The notes: generated by a model from the letters alone, not told the origin. 64,000 bases of DNA from Peptococcaceae bacterium (GCA_049366715.1 JBMNCQ010000055.1:168542-232541), one strand, 5' to 3'; positions 1 to 10,015 are shown, counted from the stretch's first letter. Made by a program: numbers and translations.

Positions 1-1569
1 TGACTCGAGGAAAAAGCCGTCGCCGCTTCTGGAAATCCCCAGGGTCTGGGCAACTTTTTCCGCATCCGTCCTTGGTTCTAAAGCGGTATTTAAAATCACC
101 ATATCGACAGGAATTTCCCGGTATTGACCCAGCAGGGTGTCTTCGGCCTTGACGACCAGCTGCCCGTCTTTTGGGGCGACTTCCGCACCTTTACCCCGGA
201 TAAAATGTACGCCTTCCTCCTGCACCCGGTTGTAAAATTCTTCATAGCCTTTACCAAAAGTACGCATATCTATATAAAATTCATATACCTCGGCATCCGC
301 CGTATGATCCTTAACCATATGGGAGAACTTCACCGAACTCATACAGCACACCCTGGAACAGTATTTATTATAGTTTTCATCTCTGCTGCCGACACAGTGG
401 ATAATCGCGACACTCTTAGGATCCGTCCCGTCGGCTAAAACAATATGACCGGAAGTAGGTCCGGAAGCATTGGTCATCCGTTCAAACTGTAAACCGTTGA
501 TCACATTGGGTAAACGTCCGTAACCATATTGAGGGGCCCGCTTGGCATCGAATAAATCAAAACCGGTAGCCAGGATAATCGAGCCAACCTGTAATTCATG
601 AATTGTTTCCTGCTGGTTGAAATTAATGGCCTTGCGCCCGCAGGCTTTAACACAGGCTAAAGTACATTTCTTACGGGTTAAGAACAGACAGTTTTGGTCA
701 TCGATAACAGCTTTTAAAGGCACTGCCTGGGGAAAAGGAATATAGGCGGCACTCCGTTTACTCAACCCTTCATCAAATTCATGATCAATGCGGTTTTTCA
801 TGATACAGGCATTTTGACAGTCTCCGCAGCCGGTACATTTCTCATGGTTAATATAACGCGGTTTTTCTTTGACCGTTACGGTAAAGTTCCCTACGTAGCC
901 GTCAACCTTGATGACTTCCGAGCTGGTTAAGAGCTCTATATGGGGATTTTGACCGACGTCAACCATCTTAGGAGTCAGTATACAAGCAGCACAGTCTAAG
1001 GTAGGAAAGGTTTTGTCAAATTTAGCCATATTGCCGCCTATGTACTGTTTCTGTTCAACGAGATAGACTTTATGCCCGGCTTCCGCTACCTGCAATGCGG
1101 CCTGAATTCCGGCAATGCCTGCTCCGATGACCATTGTGGCATCATTTACCGGCACTTCCCTTTCCTCAATGGCTTCATGCAATTTCACCCTCTTTACGGC
1201 ACCTTTTATTAAGGACAGTGCTTTTTGAGTAGCTTCTTCCTTGTCCTTTGTCACCCAGGAAACATGTTCCCGGATATTGGCCATTTCCAGGAGATAACCA
1301 TTCAGACCGGCTCCTTCCAGAGCTTTACGGAACGTCGGCTCATGCATTCTGGGCGAACATGCCGCGACAACAACCCTGTCGAGCCCTTTTTCCTTAATAT
1401 CTGTCTTGATCATTTCCTGACCGGGGTCTGAACACATATACTTATAATCCTTGGCGACGACTACTTCATCCAGCTTTCCTATTTCCTCGGCAACCTTCGC
1501 ACAGTTTACCACTCCATTAATATTAGAGCCGCAGTGACAAACATATACCCCAATTTTTTGCCTGTCCAT
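1..1569 (-). CDS. hdrA: heterodisulfide reductase subunit A-like FAD/Fe-S oxidoreductase; C-terminus lies outside the window
   Basis: Absent from ORF track (no stop in window). Hand translation of minus strand from ATG at 1569 (GGGAGGGAG 7 nt upstream) stays open to nt 1: MDRQKIGVYVCHCGSNINGVV..., VIGAGIAGIQAAL (FAD fold), CTGCGDCQNAC (4Fe-4S). Directly downstream of hdrC-hdrB. Confidence 0.85.
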   Translation of the reverse strand, partial: MDRQKIGVYVCHCGSNINGVVNCAKVAEEIGKLDEVVVAKDYKYMCSDPGQEMIKTDIKEKGLDRVVVAACSPRMHEPTFRKALEGAGLNGYLLEMANIREHVSWVTKDKEEATQKALSLIKGAVKRVKLHEAIEEREVPVNDATMVIGAGIAGIQAALQVAEAGHKVYLVEQKQYIGGNMAKFDKTFPTLDCAACILTPKMVDVGQNPHIELLTSSEVIKVDGYVGNFTVTVKEKPRYINHEKCTGCGDCQNACIMKNRIDHEFDEGLSKRSAAYIPFPQAVPLKAVIDDQNCLFLTRKKCTLACVKACGRKAINFNQQETIHELQVGSIILATGFDLFDAKRAPQYGYGRLPNVINGLQFERMTNASGPTSGHIVLADGTDPKSVAIIHCVGSRDENYNKYCSRVCCMSSVKFSHMVKDHTADAEVYEFYIDMRTFGKGYEEFYNRVQEEGVHFIRGKGAEVAPKDGQLVVKAEDTLLGQYREIPVDMVILNTALEPRTDAEKVAQTLGISRSGDGFFLES

Positions 1570-1585
1570 TTTTTAGCTCCCTCCC

Positions 1586-2455
1586 TTAAACAATTTTTTC
1601 CAACACTTTTGAATTAGAGATGATGCCCTTTTTCAGGCCTAAGTGATTCTTATTAAGTCCCAGGGCTAAACCCATTAATTGGGTAAAATATGTTACCGGC
1701 AGAGCTTTACTGCGTTTATAGCGTTTATTAACCTGATCCTGGTAGGCATCAAGGTTTAACTGACACATGGGACAGGTAACAACTACCATATCTGCACCGG
1801 CCCCGCGGGCTTCTTCCAGAATTGAATCCACCATTTTAAAAGCCAGCTCCGGCTGGGTAGTTATTAAGCTTCCTCCACAACAGTGCGTCTTCTGACTAAA
1901 AGGTAATACCTTGGCTCCCAGTGCCTCCATTAAAAGATCGAGTCCCCGGGGATCTTCAGGGTCATCAAAGCCCAAAGGTCTGACAAGCTGGCAGCCGGAA
2001 TAACTAACGACCTTCAATTCTTGCAAGGGTTTCGTGACCATACTTTGTACCTGCTCTAACCCGATGTCCTCAAGAATAACTTCTAAAAGATGCCGTACTT
2101 TAGGCATTCCTGTCAGGCGCAGGCCGACTTCACCAAAGATTTCCGTTACTTTTTCCCGGATCTCCTTGTACTTAATCATATTACTCTGAACCTTTTTCAA
2201 ACTCATATAACAGGCATTACAAGGTACGATCAAATCTCCCCTGCCTTCGGCTGCTGCAATAGCTAAATTTCTGGCCGGCAATACTTGAGCCTGAAGCTGA
2301 TTTAAAGAAGGGGTGATTGTCGCCCCGCAGCAATTCCAATCGGGGACATCCTTAAGTTCCATCCCCAGATTGCCGGCAACCCCTTTTACGGATTCATCAT
2401 AATCCCTGGCTGAAGCATGCAGTGAGCAGCCGGGATAATATTGATACATCATCAA
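1586..2455 (-). CDS. hdrB: heterodisulfide reductase subunit B (two CCG-type Cys-rich domains)
   Basis: 289 aa; motifs PDWNCCGA, CNACY, KTHCCGG, CPMCQ; 4-nt overlap with hdrC stop. Confidence 0.85.
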   Translation of the reverse strand: MMMYQYYPGCSLHASARDYDESVKGVAGNLGMELKDVPDWNCCGATITPSLNQLQAQVLPARNLAIAAAEGRGDLIVPCNACYMSLKKVQSNMIKYKEIREKVTEIFGEVGLRLTGMPKVRHLLEVILEDIGLEQVQSMVTKPLQELKVVSYSGCQLVRPLGFDDPEDPRGLDLLMEALGAKVLPFSQKTHCCGGSLITTQPELAFKMVDSILEEARGAGADMVVVTCPMCQLNLDAYQDQVNKRYKRSKALPVTYFTQLMGLALGLNKNHLGLKKGIISNSKVLEKIV

Positions 2456-2991
2456 TTTCCACCCCTCTCCTTAGCCAGAGCCAGGATCTTCCTGACCTGG
2501 CCTGTATTCGATATTGACGGCGGTAAAATACCTACTCGGCCTTTCAGAAACATTTTTATACCCAGGGGGGCAAATTCAAGAAGCTTGACCGGGCTGGTCT
2601 TAAAACTAAATTTAAGAATGAGTTCAGACTCGTTCATTCTGCCTCTTTTGGTAATTAAATCCTGAAACGAAGCATAAAAACCTGTGATGTCCCGGGCCTC
2701 TTTCACTCGTTCCTGGGCAGCCAGGGTCTTCAAAATGTACATAATATCCGTAAATTTAATCCCCCGGGGACAGCGGGCCGTACATGAATAACATGAGGCA
2801 CATTTCCAAATATCCAGGCTTCCTAAAACCGTATCCCGCTGGTTGGCCCGGATAAGGGCAATCAACTTGCGGGGGGTATACTGCATGGCATGACTGGTAG
2901 GACACGACCCGGTACATGTGCCGCACTGCATACAGGCCATGATCTTTTCGCCGCCGGGATAACTCATTATTTCTCTTGTAAAATCTTGCAT
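2452..2991 (-). CDS. hdrC: heterodisulfide reductase subunit C (2x[4Fe-4S] ferredoxin-like)
   Basis: 179 aa; CMQCGTCTGSCP and CASCYSCTARCP cluster motifs; AAAGGAGG RBS upstream. Confidence 0.8.
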   Translation of the reverse strand: MQDFTREIMSYPGGEKIMACMQCGTCTGSCPTSHAMQYTPRKLIALIRANQRDTVLGSLDIWKCASCYSCTARCPRGIKFTDIMYILKTLAAQERVKEARDITGFYASFQDLITKRGRMNESELILKFSFKTSPVKLLEFAPLGIKMFLKGRVGILPPSISNTGQVRKILALAKERGGN

Positions 2992-3275
2992 ATCTCCGCC
3001 TCCTTTATTAAAATTTTCTTTATAATTCAGAAAATTCTTCCTGTTATTTAATCATACCAAAAATCACAGCAATGGTTTAATAAATATTTTTTATGATTTA
3101 CTGAGGGTTTTTCTTCTAGAAAGAAATAGTTCATATGCAGTAACAATTACAGGTTTTGCGAAAAAAAGCACAAGAATTTACTCAATTATAACAAAAATTT
3201 ATTTTCGTTATAATTAATATTTACCATTTTAAATTTATTACTGCACCAGCATCCGTTTTCTCTGTCCGGCATGAC

Positions 3276-3317
3276 AAAACTACCGGATCAGGGAGCCGTC
3301 CCTGATCCGGTAGTTTT
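3276..3317. terminator. bidirectional rho-independent terminator
   Basis: AAAACTACCGGATCAGGGA-GCCG-TCCCTGATCCGGTAGTTTT: 19-bp perfect stem with A/T runs on both sides; just downstream of minus-strand ORF ending at 3361. Confidence 0.8.
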
Positions 3318-3360
3318 AATTTGATCGTTAACCTCTGCCGATAACCGGCAAGGTTTTATA

Positions 3361-3777
3361 TTAAGCTTCTAATGATATTTCCGACTGATAATTCCAAAGC
3401 AATTCTGCCAGTTTCTCCCGGGAATTATATTTTTTGAATTTCACAAACTCTTCTCTCAGCCTATCCGTCATCTTTTCTCCTGCCTCTTTTTCACTTGTAC
3501 CTATCGAGATAATAAGAGCATTTTCTTTATTATTCAAGTAACTAACCAAACACTGAACAGAATGTTTATGATCTTGAATATTCATATCGGCATAGCTTTT
3601 TGGGTCAACCTCGATATTATATACCTCATCATGATAAAGCCGCAGTTCGAAAAATACCTGGTTATCCCTGGTAACTAATCTTCCTTCCACCGGTGATATT
3701 AAAAAATCCCGGGAATTCAGCATATAATATGCCAGCGCCTCATCTACCTGTTTTTTGTCTAAGCCAAAATAATTCAA
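3361..3777 (-). CDS. hypothetical protein (138 aa)
   Basis: Clean ORF followed by strong terminator; no motif recognised. Confidence 0.5.
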   Translation of the reverse strand: MNYFGLDKKQVDEALAYYMLNSRDFLISPVEGRLVTRDNQVFFELRLYHDEVYNIEVDPKSYADMNIQDHKHSVQCLVSYLNNKENALIISIGTSEKEAGEKMTDRLREEFVKFKKYNSREKLAELLWNYQSEISLEA

Positions 3778-3870
3778 AATAATTCTCCCCTTATTAATTT
3801 ACATATTATTCCAAATTATTCTTGGCCGCACCGGCGATATCCTGCCCTTTAAGGAAAATATTTCCGATAT

Positions 3871-4929
3871 TTATCCCTTCTGCCTGGCCAGCGCCAGGAG
3901 GAGATCTACCATTCTCCCGTAGCTGTATATTCCTTCTCTCTGTAAATTTGCTTTGAGGTAAGTATCATTTATTTTTGAGGAAATTTTTTCTACAGGTCCT
4001 TCATACCGGTCCCAGAAATCACTGATATATTTTAAATCATCCCGGACACCCCGGTTATATTCTTGGGATAAATCCCGGTAACCCACCGGATTATATCTGT
4101 ATAAAGCATTCATACTATGAATTAAGGCCAGTAAATTCCCTGAGTATTGAAAGTAAATGTCCGGATGCATCGTACAAGTTAAATAGGCAATAAAATTAGC
4201 CTCGTCCTCCCGGGCAAACCCCCTTTGATGAGCCATTTCATGACATGTGGTAGCAGGGAGCATCGGGTCAGGGGTCAAGGTATTGACGTTGGCCTCGGCG
4301 GTAAAAGGAAAATATACTCCTGAAATCCCCGTATAACACATCAGGTGGGAAAGAAACACCCCCTTGGGCCGGCCAAAATCCCCCCCGAGTTCCGGATAAA
4401 TTGCTGCCGCTGTGCGGTACCCCTCTCCGGCCCGCGCAAAAACATCCCGGTCACCTGCAGGGTTGGAGGTTATCCCCTGATCATTTTCAGTAACAAATGG
4501 CCGTAACCGATTAACTTCACCAATGAGCTTCGTACATAATTCCTCCAATTCTTCCACCGACGAAGGCCTTACTTCCAGCCCGGCAATCTCTGCAAAAGGC
4601 TGGCGGTGATAATTCAACCCCCATAACAGGATAAACAGAAAATAGACCAAACTAATTCCCATAGCTGCCCCGCCGAGCAAGCTTTTAACCGGAATTTTTT
4701 TAAAGAAAATGGTCCTGATTATCACGATTATGCTGAAAAAAACCAGGAAAATAATGATTAATTCAGCAAGGGAAAAGGGCAGCAAGCCGGTCAGACGGCT
4801 TAGACCCCTGGCCAGATATTGATAAACGACCCTGGCATAATAGTCTTCGATTAATTCGGGCCGATAAGACAGCGAAAAAGAAATCAAAAATCCCAGGGGC
4901 AGCAAGGCAATAATAAAATATCTTTTCAT
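3871..4929 (-). CDS. membrane-anchored putative Zn-metallopeptidase (DUF3810-like)
   Basis: 352 aa; three N-terminal hydrophobic helices; HEMAHQRGF (HExxH) followed by EDEANF. Confidence 0.6.
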   Translation of the reverse strand: MKRYFIIALLPLGFLISFSLSYRPELIEDYYARVVYQYLARGLSRLTGLLPFSLAELIIIFLVFFSIIVIIRTIFFKKIPVKSLLGGAAMGISLVYFLFILLWGLNYHRQPFAEIAGLEVRPSSVEELEELCTKLIGEVNRLRPFVTENDQGITSNPAGDRDVFARAGEGYRTAAAIYPELGGDFGRPKGVFLSHLMCYTGISGVYFPFTAEANVNTLTPDPMLPATTCHEMAHQRGFAREDEANFIAYLTCTMHPDIYFQYSGNLLALIHSMNALYRYNPVGYRDLSQEYNRGVRDDLKYISDFWDRYEGPVEKISSKINDTYLKANLQREGIYSYGRMVDLLLALARQKG

Positions 4930-5130
4930 TCTGTTTTAACCAACTCTCGTGATCGTTTTTACTGCTATTATAACAAAGTATAAAAGGCTACAATTGAACA
5001 TTTTAACGATAAAACAAACATTTTTGAAAGTCATTTCCGAAAAGCGGAACACTAAGGAAATCGATCCTTTCCTAATTTATTATAATAAAAGAACACCATG
5101 GGTAATATTATTTCCCATAGTGTCCCTGAA

Positions 5131-7236
5131 TTAAATTCCTTTTTCATCCAAAAGCTGCAGATCGTAGCGTTTAATAATATCAATGAGCTTAAGGGGGTAT
5201 TTAGAATCGGTGGCATAACCGGCTCTCTTTAAAGCCCAGGCCCCCATTGTACTGTTATGCATAACCTCGCGGTAAGGCTCATAGCGGGCAGCGGTGAGCA
5301 GGAGCTGTTTATGATCATTCCAGCTTTCTTCCGGGTTATGATAGGCACGGAACTGGGCATCAACCCGGAAGGAATTGCCGTTGTATTCTTCCCAGGTATT
5401 GGATGTAATAGAGCCCGCCGATCCGGTGCCTTTAATGCCGAAAAGGTTATAAGACAACTGTCCTGTATACTTGTCTACAGGAGTTTGCTGACCCCAGCCT
5501 GTCTCCAAAATGGCCTGTGCGGTTTGCAAGGCGGCAGACATTCCTGTATTATTCTGGGATTTCACCGCTAATTGGGAAGCAAATCCCAGAAAATCATTTT
5601 TCGCTGTAACCGGCACGGGAGAATAAATTTTAGCCAGATATATTTTTACCGGTACCGCTTCACTGGTAATCTTTTCTCCTGCCGCAGTAGTACCTACAGC
5701 TTGAATTTTCCATTGACCGCTCTCCCCTGCGCCGGGTGTCCAGGTATATTCAGCCGCAGCATCATCTCCCCGGGCAATCACCTTAATCGTTTTATTATCG
5801 GTCGAAAGCAGCCTGTATTCAATAGCAGTAAGGGGTACATTTGCCACAGATTTTAATTTCACTGCTGCCGTGAGGATCTGATTAGGCCCTACACTCTCCA
5901 GAAGCAATTTCGCAGTCCCTTTTAACTGAACAGGAACAGCTTCCGTAACATGAGAATTACCTGCGGTATCCTTTACTCTGGCCAGGACTTCCCAACTGCC
6001 TGCTAATTCAGGGCCGGGGAACCAGGTATATCCTTCATAACCACGCTGGGCGAGGATTGTTTCCTGACCTGTGCCGCGATTTCTTAATATGTATTCCACC
6101 TGGGTAATGGGGAAGTTTCGGGATACCCACAAAGTAACAGGTTTCTCAATAACTGTCCCCTGTGCTACCCCACGCATGACAAGGCTTCGCTCAACAGCAG
6201 TATTTACTGTGATAACCGGACTTGCATAAACCTGCCCTAAAGAGTCATAGGCAGATACCTTGAAAGCAGTAGGTCCGTTATCCGTTACCTGGGGAGTCCA
6301 GGTAAAAGTACCCTGGGGATCCGCTTCTTCCGTCACCGTTATTTTTCCGGTATTGACATTGGTGACTTCATATTTTACATATTCGGCTAAAAAATTAAGA
6401 TTGGCACCCAGGTCAACATGATCCTGGACAGTCTGCCCCGGTGTTACCCCTGTCAGGCTTACCTGAGGCGCAACAGCCAGCTCGATAGGAACAGCATTCC
6501 CGGCCAGGAACCCCCCGGACTGATCATATACCGCTGCCGTTAAAACCCGCCGCCCGTTATAGGCAGGATCGGGCAGCCAGCCGTACATACCTTGCAGATT
6601 ATTGCCCCGGGCCACTACCGGACCCTTGCCCGTCTGCGGGTCCAGAAGCTGATAGCGGACCTCTGCAGCTCCCGCAGGCAGAATACTGTTCGTAGTCAAC
6701 TGCAAATAGGTTAATCCGTTAACATTCTGCCCTGCTTTAACCATCGGTAAGCTAATATCAAAAAAAGGCGTAAACGAAACAGACGTGGCCGAATCAATAT
6801 TAACCGTCCTGCTGCTATCGTCCCACTCTACCCGGACACCTAAAGCGTTACTGACCAGTCTTAAAGGTACAAAAGTCCGTCCGTCACTGAGTTTAGGAGG
6901 AACATCAATTAAACTGTAATTTGCCGTGCCTTCATTAAACTCTACCAGGCGGTTGTCAATTCTCAATAGAACCGACCGCTCTCCTTTAATGATCTGTACT
7001 GTGTTGGTTTCGGCGTTCCAATTGACAACTGCCCCCAGCCTTTCGGAAACAAAGCGGACCGGAACCAGAGTCCGTCCGTTTTCAATAAGAGGAAGAGGGG
7101 AGACATCAACCGGGTTCCGGTCAATCACCAGTTTAATATTTTCTGCCGCCCCAATAGGGCTAGAAGCCCCCAGCCCAATCATTACTGCCGTCAAAAATAC
7201 GAGACTTTGCACACACCTCTTTAATTTTCCCATCAA
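5131..7236 (-). CDS. secreted cell-wall hydrolase: signal peptide, 2x copper-amine-oxidase-N-like stalk domains, Ig-like repeats, C-terminal N-acetylglucosaminidase domain
   Basis: 701 aa; repeated ...ENGRTLVPVRFVSERLGAVVNWN... / ...DGRTFVPLRLVSNALGVRVEWD...; C-terminal AILETGWGQ...YNLFGIKG glucosaminidase signature. Confidence 0.75.
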   Translation of the reverse strand: MMGKLKRCVQSLVFLTAVMIGLGASSPIGAAENIKLVIDRNPVDVSPLPLIENGRTLVPVRFVSERLGAVVNWNAETNTVQIIKGERSVLLRIDNRLVEFNEGTANYSLIDVPPKLSDGRTFVPLRLVSNALGVRVEWDDSSRTVNIDSATSVSFTPFFDISLPMVKAGQNVNGLTYLQLTTNSILPAGAAEVRYQLLDPQTGKGPVVARGNNLQGMYGWLPDPAYNGRRVLTAAVYDQSGGFLAGNAVPIELAVAPQVSLTGVTPGQTVQDHVDLGANLNFLAEYVKYEVTNVNTGKITVTEEADPQGTFTWTPQVTDNGPTAFKVSAYDSLGQVYASPVITVNTAVERSLVMRGVAQGTVIEKPVTLWVSRNFPITQVEYILRNRGTGQETILAQRGYEGYTWFPGPELAGSWEVLARVKDTAGNSHVTEAVPVQLKGTAKLLLESVGPNQILTAAVKLKSVANVPLTAIEYRLLSTDNKTIKVIARGDDAAAEYTWTPGAGESGQWKIQAVGTTAAGEKITSEAVPVKIYLAKIYSPVPVTAKNDFLGFASQLAVKSQNNTGMSAALQTAQAILETGWGQQTPVDKYTGQLSYNLFGIKGTGSAGSITSNTWEEYNGNSFRVDAQFRAYHNPEESWNDHKQLLLTAARYEPYREVMHNSTMGAWALKRAGYATDSKYPLKLIDIIKRYDLQLLDEKGI

Positions 7237-7320
7237 AATATCTCCTCTTTTTTTCCTTTATTATATAATATTCGACGTTCTTTAGAATATAGTGACGTTT
7301 AATAAAGAAAAAAGTTCCCA

Positions 7321-7366
7321 TAAAAATTAAAGCTAAAGGCATAATATCATCATTACCGCCTTTAGC
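7321..7366 (-). terminator. rho-independent terminator after cyclophilin gene
   Basis: Minus strand: GCTAAAGGC...GCCTTTAGC hairpin followed by TTTAATTTTTA. Confidence 0.6.
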
Positions 7367-7406
7367 CTTAATCTCTAAATAGCGTGCTTATCCCTGTTCC
7401 GTCTCC

Positions 7407-7928
7407 CTAGAGTCTTTCCGGCTCAGGAAATTCGGCACCAAAAGTATCCACACTAACCTTTTTCATTCTTTGATCCTCCAGCGGCTTGTCATTGGCTCCT
7501 GTTTTTACGCCGGCAATGGCATCAACTGTTTCCATACCCTCGATGACCCTGCCGAAAGCTGCATACTCCCCATCCAAATGAGATGAATTCTTGTGCATGA
7601 TAAAAAACTGGGAACCGGCAGAATTAGGCATCATTGACCTGGCCATGGAAATAACGCCCCGTTCGTGTTTTAGATTATTCGGGACTCCGTTCATTTTAAA
7701 CTCACCTTTAATGGCATATCCCGGTCCGCCTGTCCCCATGCCCAGAGGACACCCCCCCTGAATCATAAAGCCGGGAATTACTCTATGGAAAATAAGTCCG
7801 TCATAAAAACCCTGACCGGCCAGAGAAACAAAATTCTGTACGGTATTCGGAGCGATTTCCGGGAAAAGCTCCGCTTTGATTGTACTGCCATCCTCCATTT
7901 CAATTGTTACAACGGGATTTTGACTCAT
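7407..7928 (-). CDS. ppiB: peptidyl-prolyl cis-trans isomerase, cyclophilin type
   Basis: 173 aa; FHRVIPGFMIQGG, SMARS..PNSAGSQFFI cyclophilin signatures. Confidence 0.9.
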   Translation of the reverse strand: MSQNPVVTIEMEDGSTIKAELFPEIAPNTVQNFVSLAGQGFYDGLIFHRVIPGFMIQGGCPLGMGTGGPGYAIKGEFKMNGVPNNLKHERGVISMARSMMPNSAGSQFFIMHKNSSHLDGEYAAFGRVIEGMETVDAIAGVKTGANDKPLEDQRMKKVSVDTFGAEFPEPERL

Positions 7929-7947
7929 TTTATAACATTCCTTTCTT

Positions 7948-8059
7948 TAGTTTAGTTCATAGGTTATAGTTTATTAGTTTATAGTTTATGGGTTATGGGT
8001 TATGGGTTTGAGAACTGAGAACTGAGAACCGAGAACCGATAACTGAGAACCGAAAACTG
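7948..8059. repeat. heptanucleotide repeat block A: 16 phased 7-mers, (RGTTTAT-like)x9 then (AGAACYG)x7
   Basis: Read directly: TAGTTTA GTTCATA GGTTATA GTTTATT AGTTTAT AGTTTAT GGGTTAT GGGTTAT GGGTTTG AGAACTG AGAACTG AGAACCG AGAACCG ATAACTG AGAACCG AAAACTG. Confidence 0.9.
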
Positions 8060-8060
8060 C

Positions 8061-8681
8061 CTATTCGATTACCGTCATTATTTCACTCAGCTCTTTCCTG
8101 GGAGTGGGTTTAGGACTGACTGCCGGCTTACCCAGAGGGATCAAAGCTTTAAGCTGCCACTTTTCTTCTACACCCAGTATTTTTTCTATCTCCGGAGCAG
8201 CTATATTTGGTGCACACATCCAGCATGTACCGTATCCTTTGGCATGGGCAGTCAATAATATGTTTTGAATGGCTGCCCCGATACTCTGAATTCCTACATT
8301 GCCCCGCAGTCTTTGCACTTGTTCTTCCCGGTATCCTAAGGCTTTGAAAGCATCCTCCGAGAGATTCGTCCCGTAAGGCTCCATAAAAACTGCAATTGTA
8401 ACAGGGGCCTGATTAAAAAAAGTAGAATAATGCTTGGCCCCTTTTAGCCGGGCGTGACCGGACTCTTTGATAATCTGATCAATCTTGGCAGACACGGCTT
8501 GAGCCATTTCATCCAGAACTTCTTTATTTTTCACAACAACAAACTTCCACATCTGCCTGTTGGATGCACTGGGAGCCCAGCGGGCAGACTCTATGATCTC
8601 AATGATATCTGCCGGGGGGATTGGTTCGTCCAAAAATTTTCTGATGCTTCTTCTATCCTTAACCGCCTCGCTAATATTCAT
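8061..8681 (-). CDS. nitroreductase family protein
   Basis: 206 aa; RRSIRKF...ARWAPSASNRQ N-terminal nitroreductase signature. Confidence 0.8.
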   Translation of the reverse strand: MNISEAVKDRRSIRKFLDEPIPPADIIEIIESARWAPSASNRQMWKFVVVKNKEVLDEMAQAVSAKIDQIIKESGHARLKGAKHYSTFFNQAPVTIAVFMEPYGTNLSEDAFKALGYREEQVQRLRGNVGIQSIGAAIQNILLTAHAKGYGTCWMCAPNIAAPEIEKILGVEEKWQLKALIPLGKPAVSPKPTPRKELSEIMTVIE

Positions 8682-8756
8682 GTTCTTCCCTCCTTCATGG
8701 TAATATATCCATAATCCTACTAATGAAATCTCACCTGATTATGCTATAATAAAACT

Positions 8757-9129
8757 TGTCTCCGCGGAAGGCAAGAAGCCTGCAGTATCTAGTTTAACCA
8801 ATCAGTTTTTAACCAACACCGGACATAAGGGAGTTTGGGTCTTAGGACCTATGTCAGGCCATATTTAAATAGTGGAAGGCAAAATTTCTAAGCAGAGCAC
8901 CCACCTGCGAGAGCAGGTTAAAAACAAATGGTTGACTTATACCGCGGGCCAAATAGAACTTCAACTTCTAACCTCCAATATGCGGGTTCACAGTTGACCG
9001 GCAGTGCACCTCATTGCCGGGGCACGGTGCAACTCCTGCAACCCGCTCCATACATATGTTTCTGCCCGGGCTATGCTGCTCTATTGCTACATTACGAACC
9101 TGCTTTCTAATCGGAAAAGCAGGTTTTTT
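8757..9129 (+). ncRNA. candidate orphan structured RNA (class unknown)
   Basis: 454-nt non-coding gap. Extended -10 TGCTATAAT at 8742-8750. GNRA hairpin CACCTGC-GAGA-GCAGGT (8900-8916). Helix GCGGGTT (8981-8987)/AACCCGC (9041-9047). Plus-strand terminator at 9098-9129. The only ORF (8928..9110) has no RBS. Confidence 0.3.
9098..9129 (+). terminator. rho-independent terminator (plus-strand oriented)
   Basis: AACCTGCTTTC-TAATCG-GAAAAGCAGGTT followed by TTTTTT. Confidence 0.75.
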
Positions 9130-9135
9130 CTAATT

Positions 9136-9843
9136 TTACTTATTAAGTAATTCCTTCTCAACATTAGTCAGATGATTCAACATTTTTTCCTGAACCAGGG
9201 CTTGGTCCCGCTTAATAAGGGCATCCACTATTTCCTTATGTTCACTCAGCGACTTTTGCGGCCGGGCAGGAATACTCAACGCTTGACAGCGGCTGTCGTT
9301 CAATAAATCTAATAAATCATGCATAACGCGCACAATTACTCTATTTCCCGAGGCCTCGGCAAGTTTCGTATGAAAATCACTATCCTGCTTAGCCAGGATG
9401 ACCAGATCATCTTTGTTCTGCTGTAATGCATCCAGGGTTTCGATCACCAGCTTATTTAGGGAATAGATGTCCTCTTCGCTGCCCCTTTGACAAGTCCAAA
9501 TTGCATTCTGGGTTTCCAGCAGTTTTCTCAGCTCAAATAAGTCCCTTAACGTATTATTTTCGATAAGATTTTTGCCGGCAAAATCTTTCAAAAGATTAGC
9601 CGACGATTCCTTTTCCGTTATAAAAACACCTTGCCCATGCTTAATTACGACCATTCCGGACGCTTCCAGCATCTTTAAAGCCTCTCTTAATGAGGTCCTG
9701 CTAACTCCCATCATCTCGGCTAAAGTGCGTTCCGCCGGCAGCTTATCTCCTGGTTTCAATTCTCCATGCATAATCGCAGTTGTGAGTTGCTTAATTATTC
9801 TTTCATACACATTGGACGGATCTTTTTTAATTGGTCCAAACAA
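9136..9843 (-). CDS. GntR-family transcriptional regulator (FadR/FCD subfamily)
   Basis: 235 aa; N-terminal winged HTH ...LPAERTLAEMMGVSRTSLREALKMLE...; helical C-terminal domain. Confidence 0.85.
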   Translation of the reverse strand: MFGPIKKDPSNVYERIIKQLTTAIMHGELKPGDKLPAERTLAEMMGVSRTSLREALKMLEASGMVVIKHGQGVFITEKESSANLLKDFAGKNLIENNTLRDLFELRKLLETQNAIWTCQRGSEEDIYSLNKLVIETLDALQQNKDDLVILAKQDSDFHTKLAEASGNRVIVRVMHDLLDLLNDSRCQALSIPARPQKSLSEHKEIVDALIKRDQALVQEKMLNHLTNVEKELLNK

Positions 9844-9987
9844 AGCTGCCCCTCCTTTATTATTTTCCTCAAACTCTCCTTGTAAGTATAACCAAGATTT
9901 TCCCCTTATAAAATTCTTTCCAGCCTGCCTGTTCTCCTGCTAATCAGGTGCTAACTTTTTATTTAATATTTCCTATATTTATCTTAA

Positions 9988-10015
9988 ACACTATTAACCC
10001 TTTCTTCATACCATA
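9988..10015 (+). promoter_or_regulatory. mother-cell sigma (sigmaK/E-type) promoter candidate for cotS-like gene
   Basis: AC-N17-CATACCATA, 37 nt upstream of ATG at 10052. Confidence 0.45.

Noticed and set aside
8928-9110. The 60-aa plus-strand ORF inside the orphan non-coding region.
   Set aside because: There is no RBS (AAAAACAAATG), the composition is odd, and it lies within GC-rich hairpin-forming sequence. It is treated as part of a candidate RNA.
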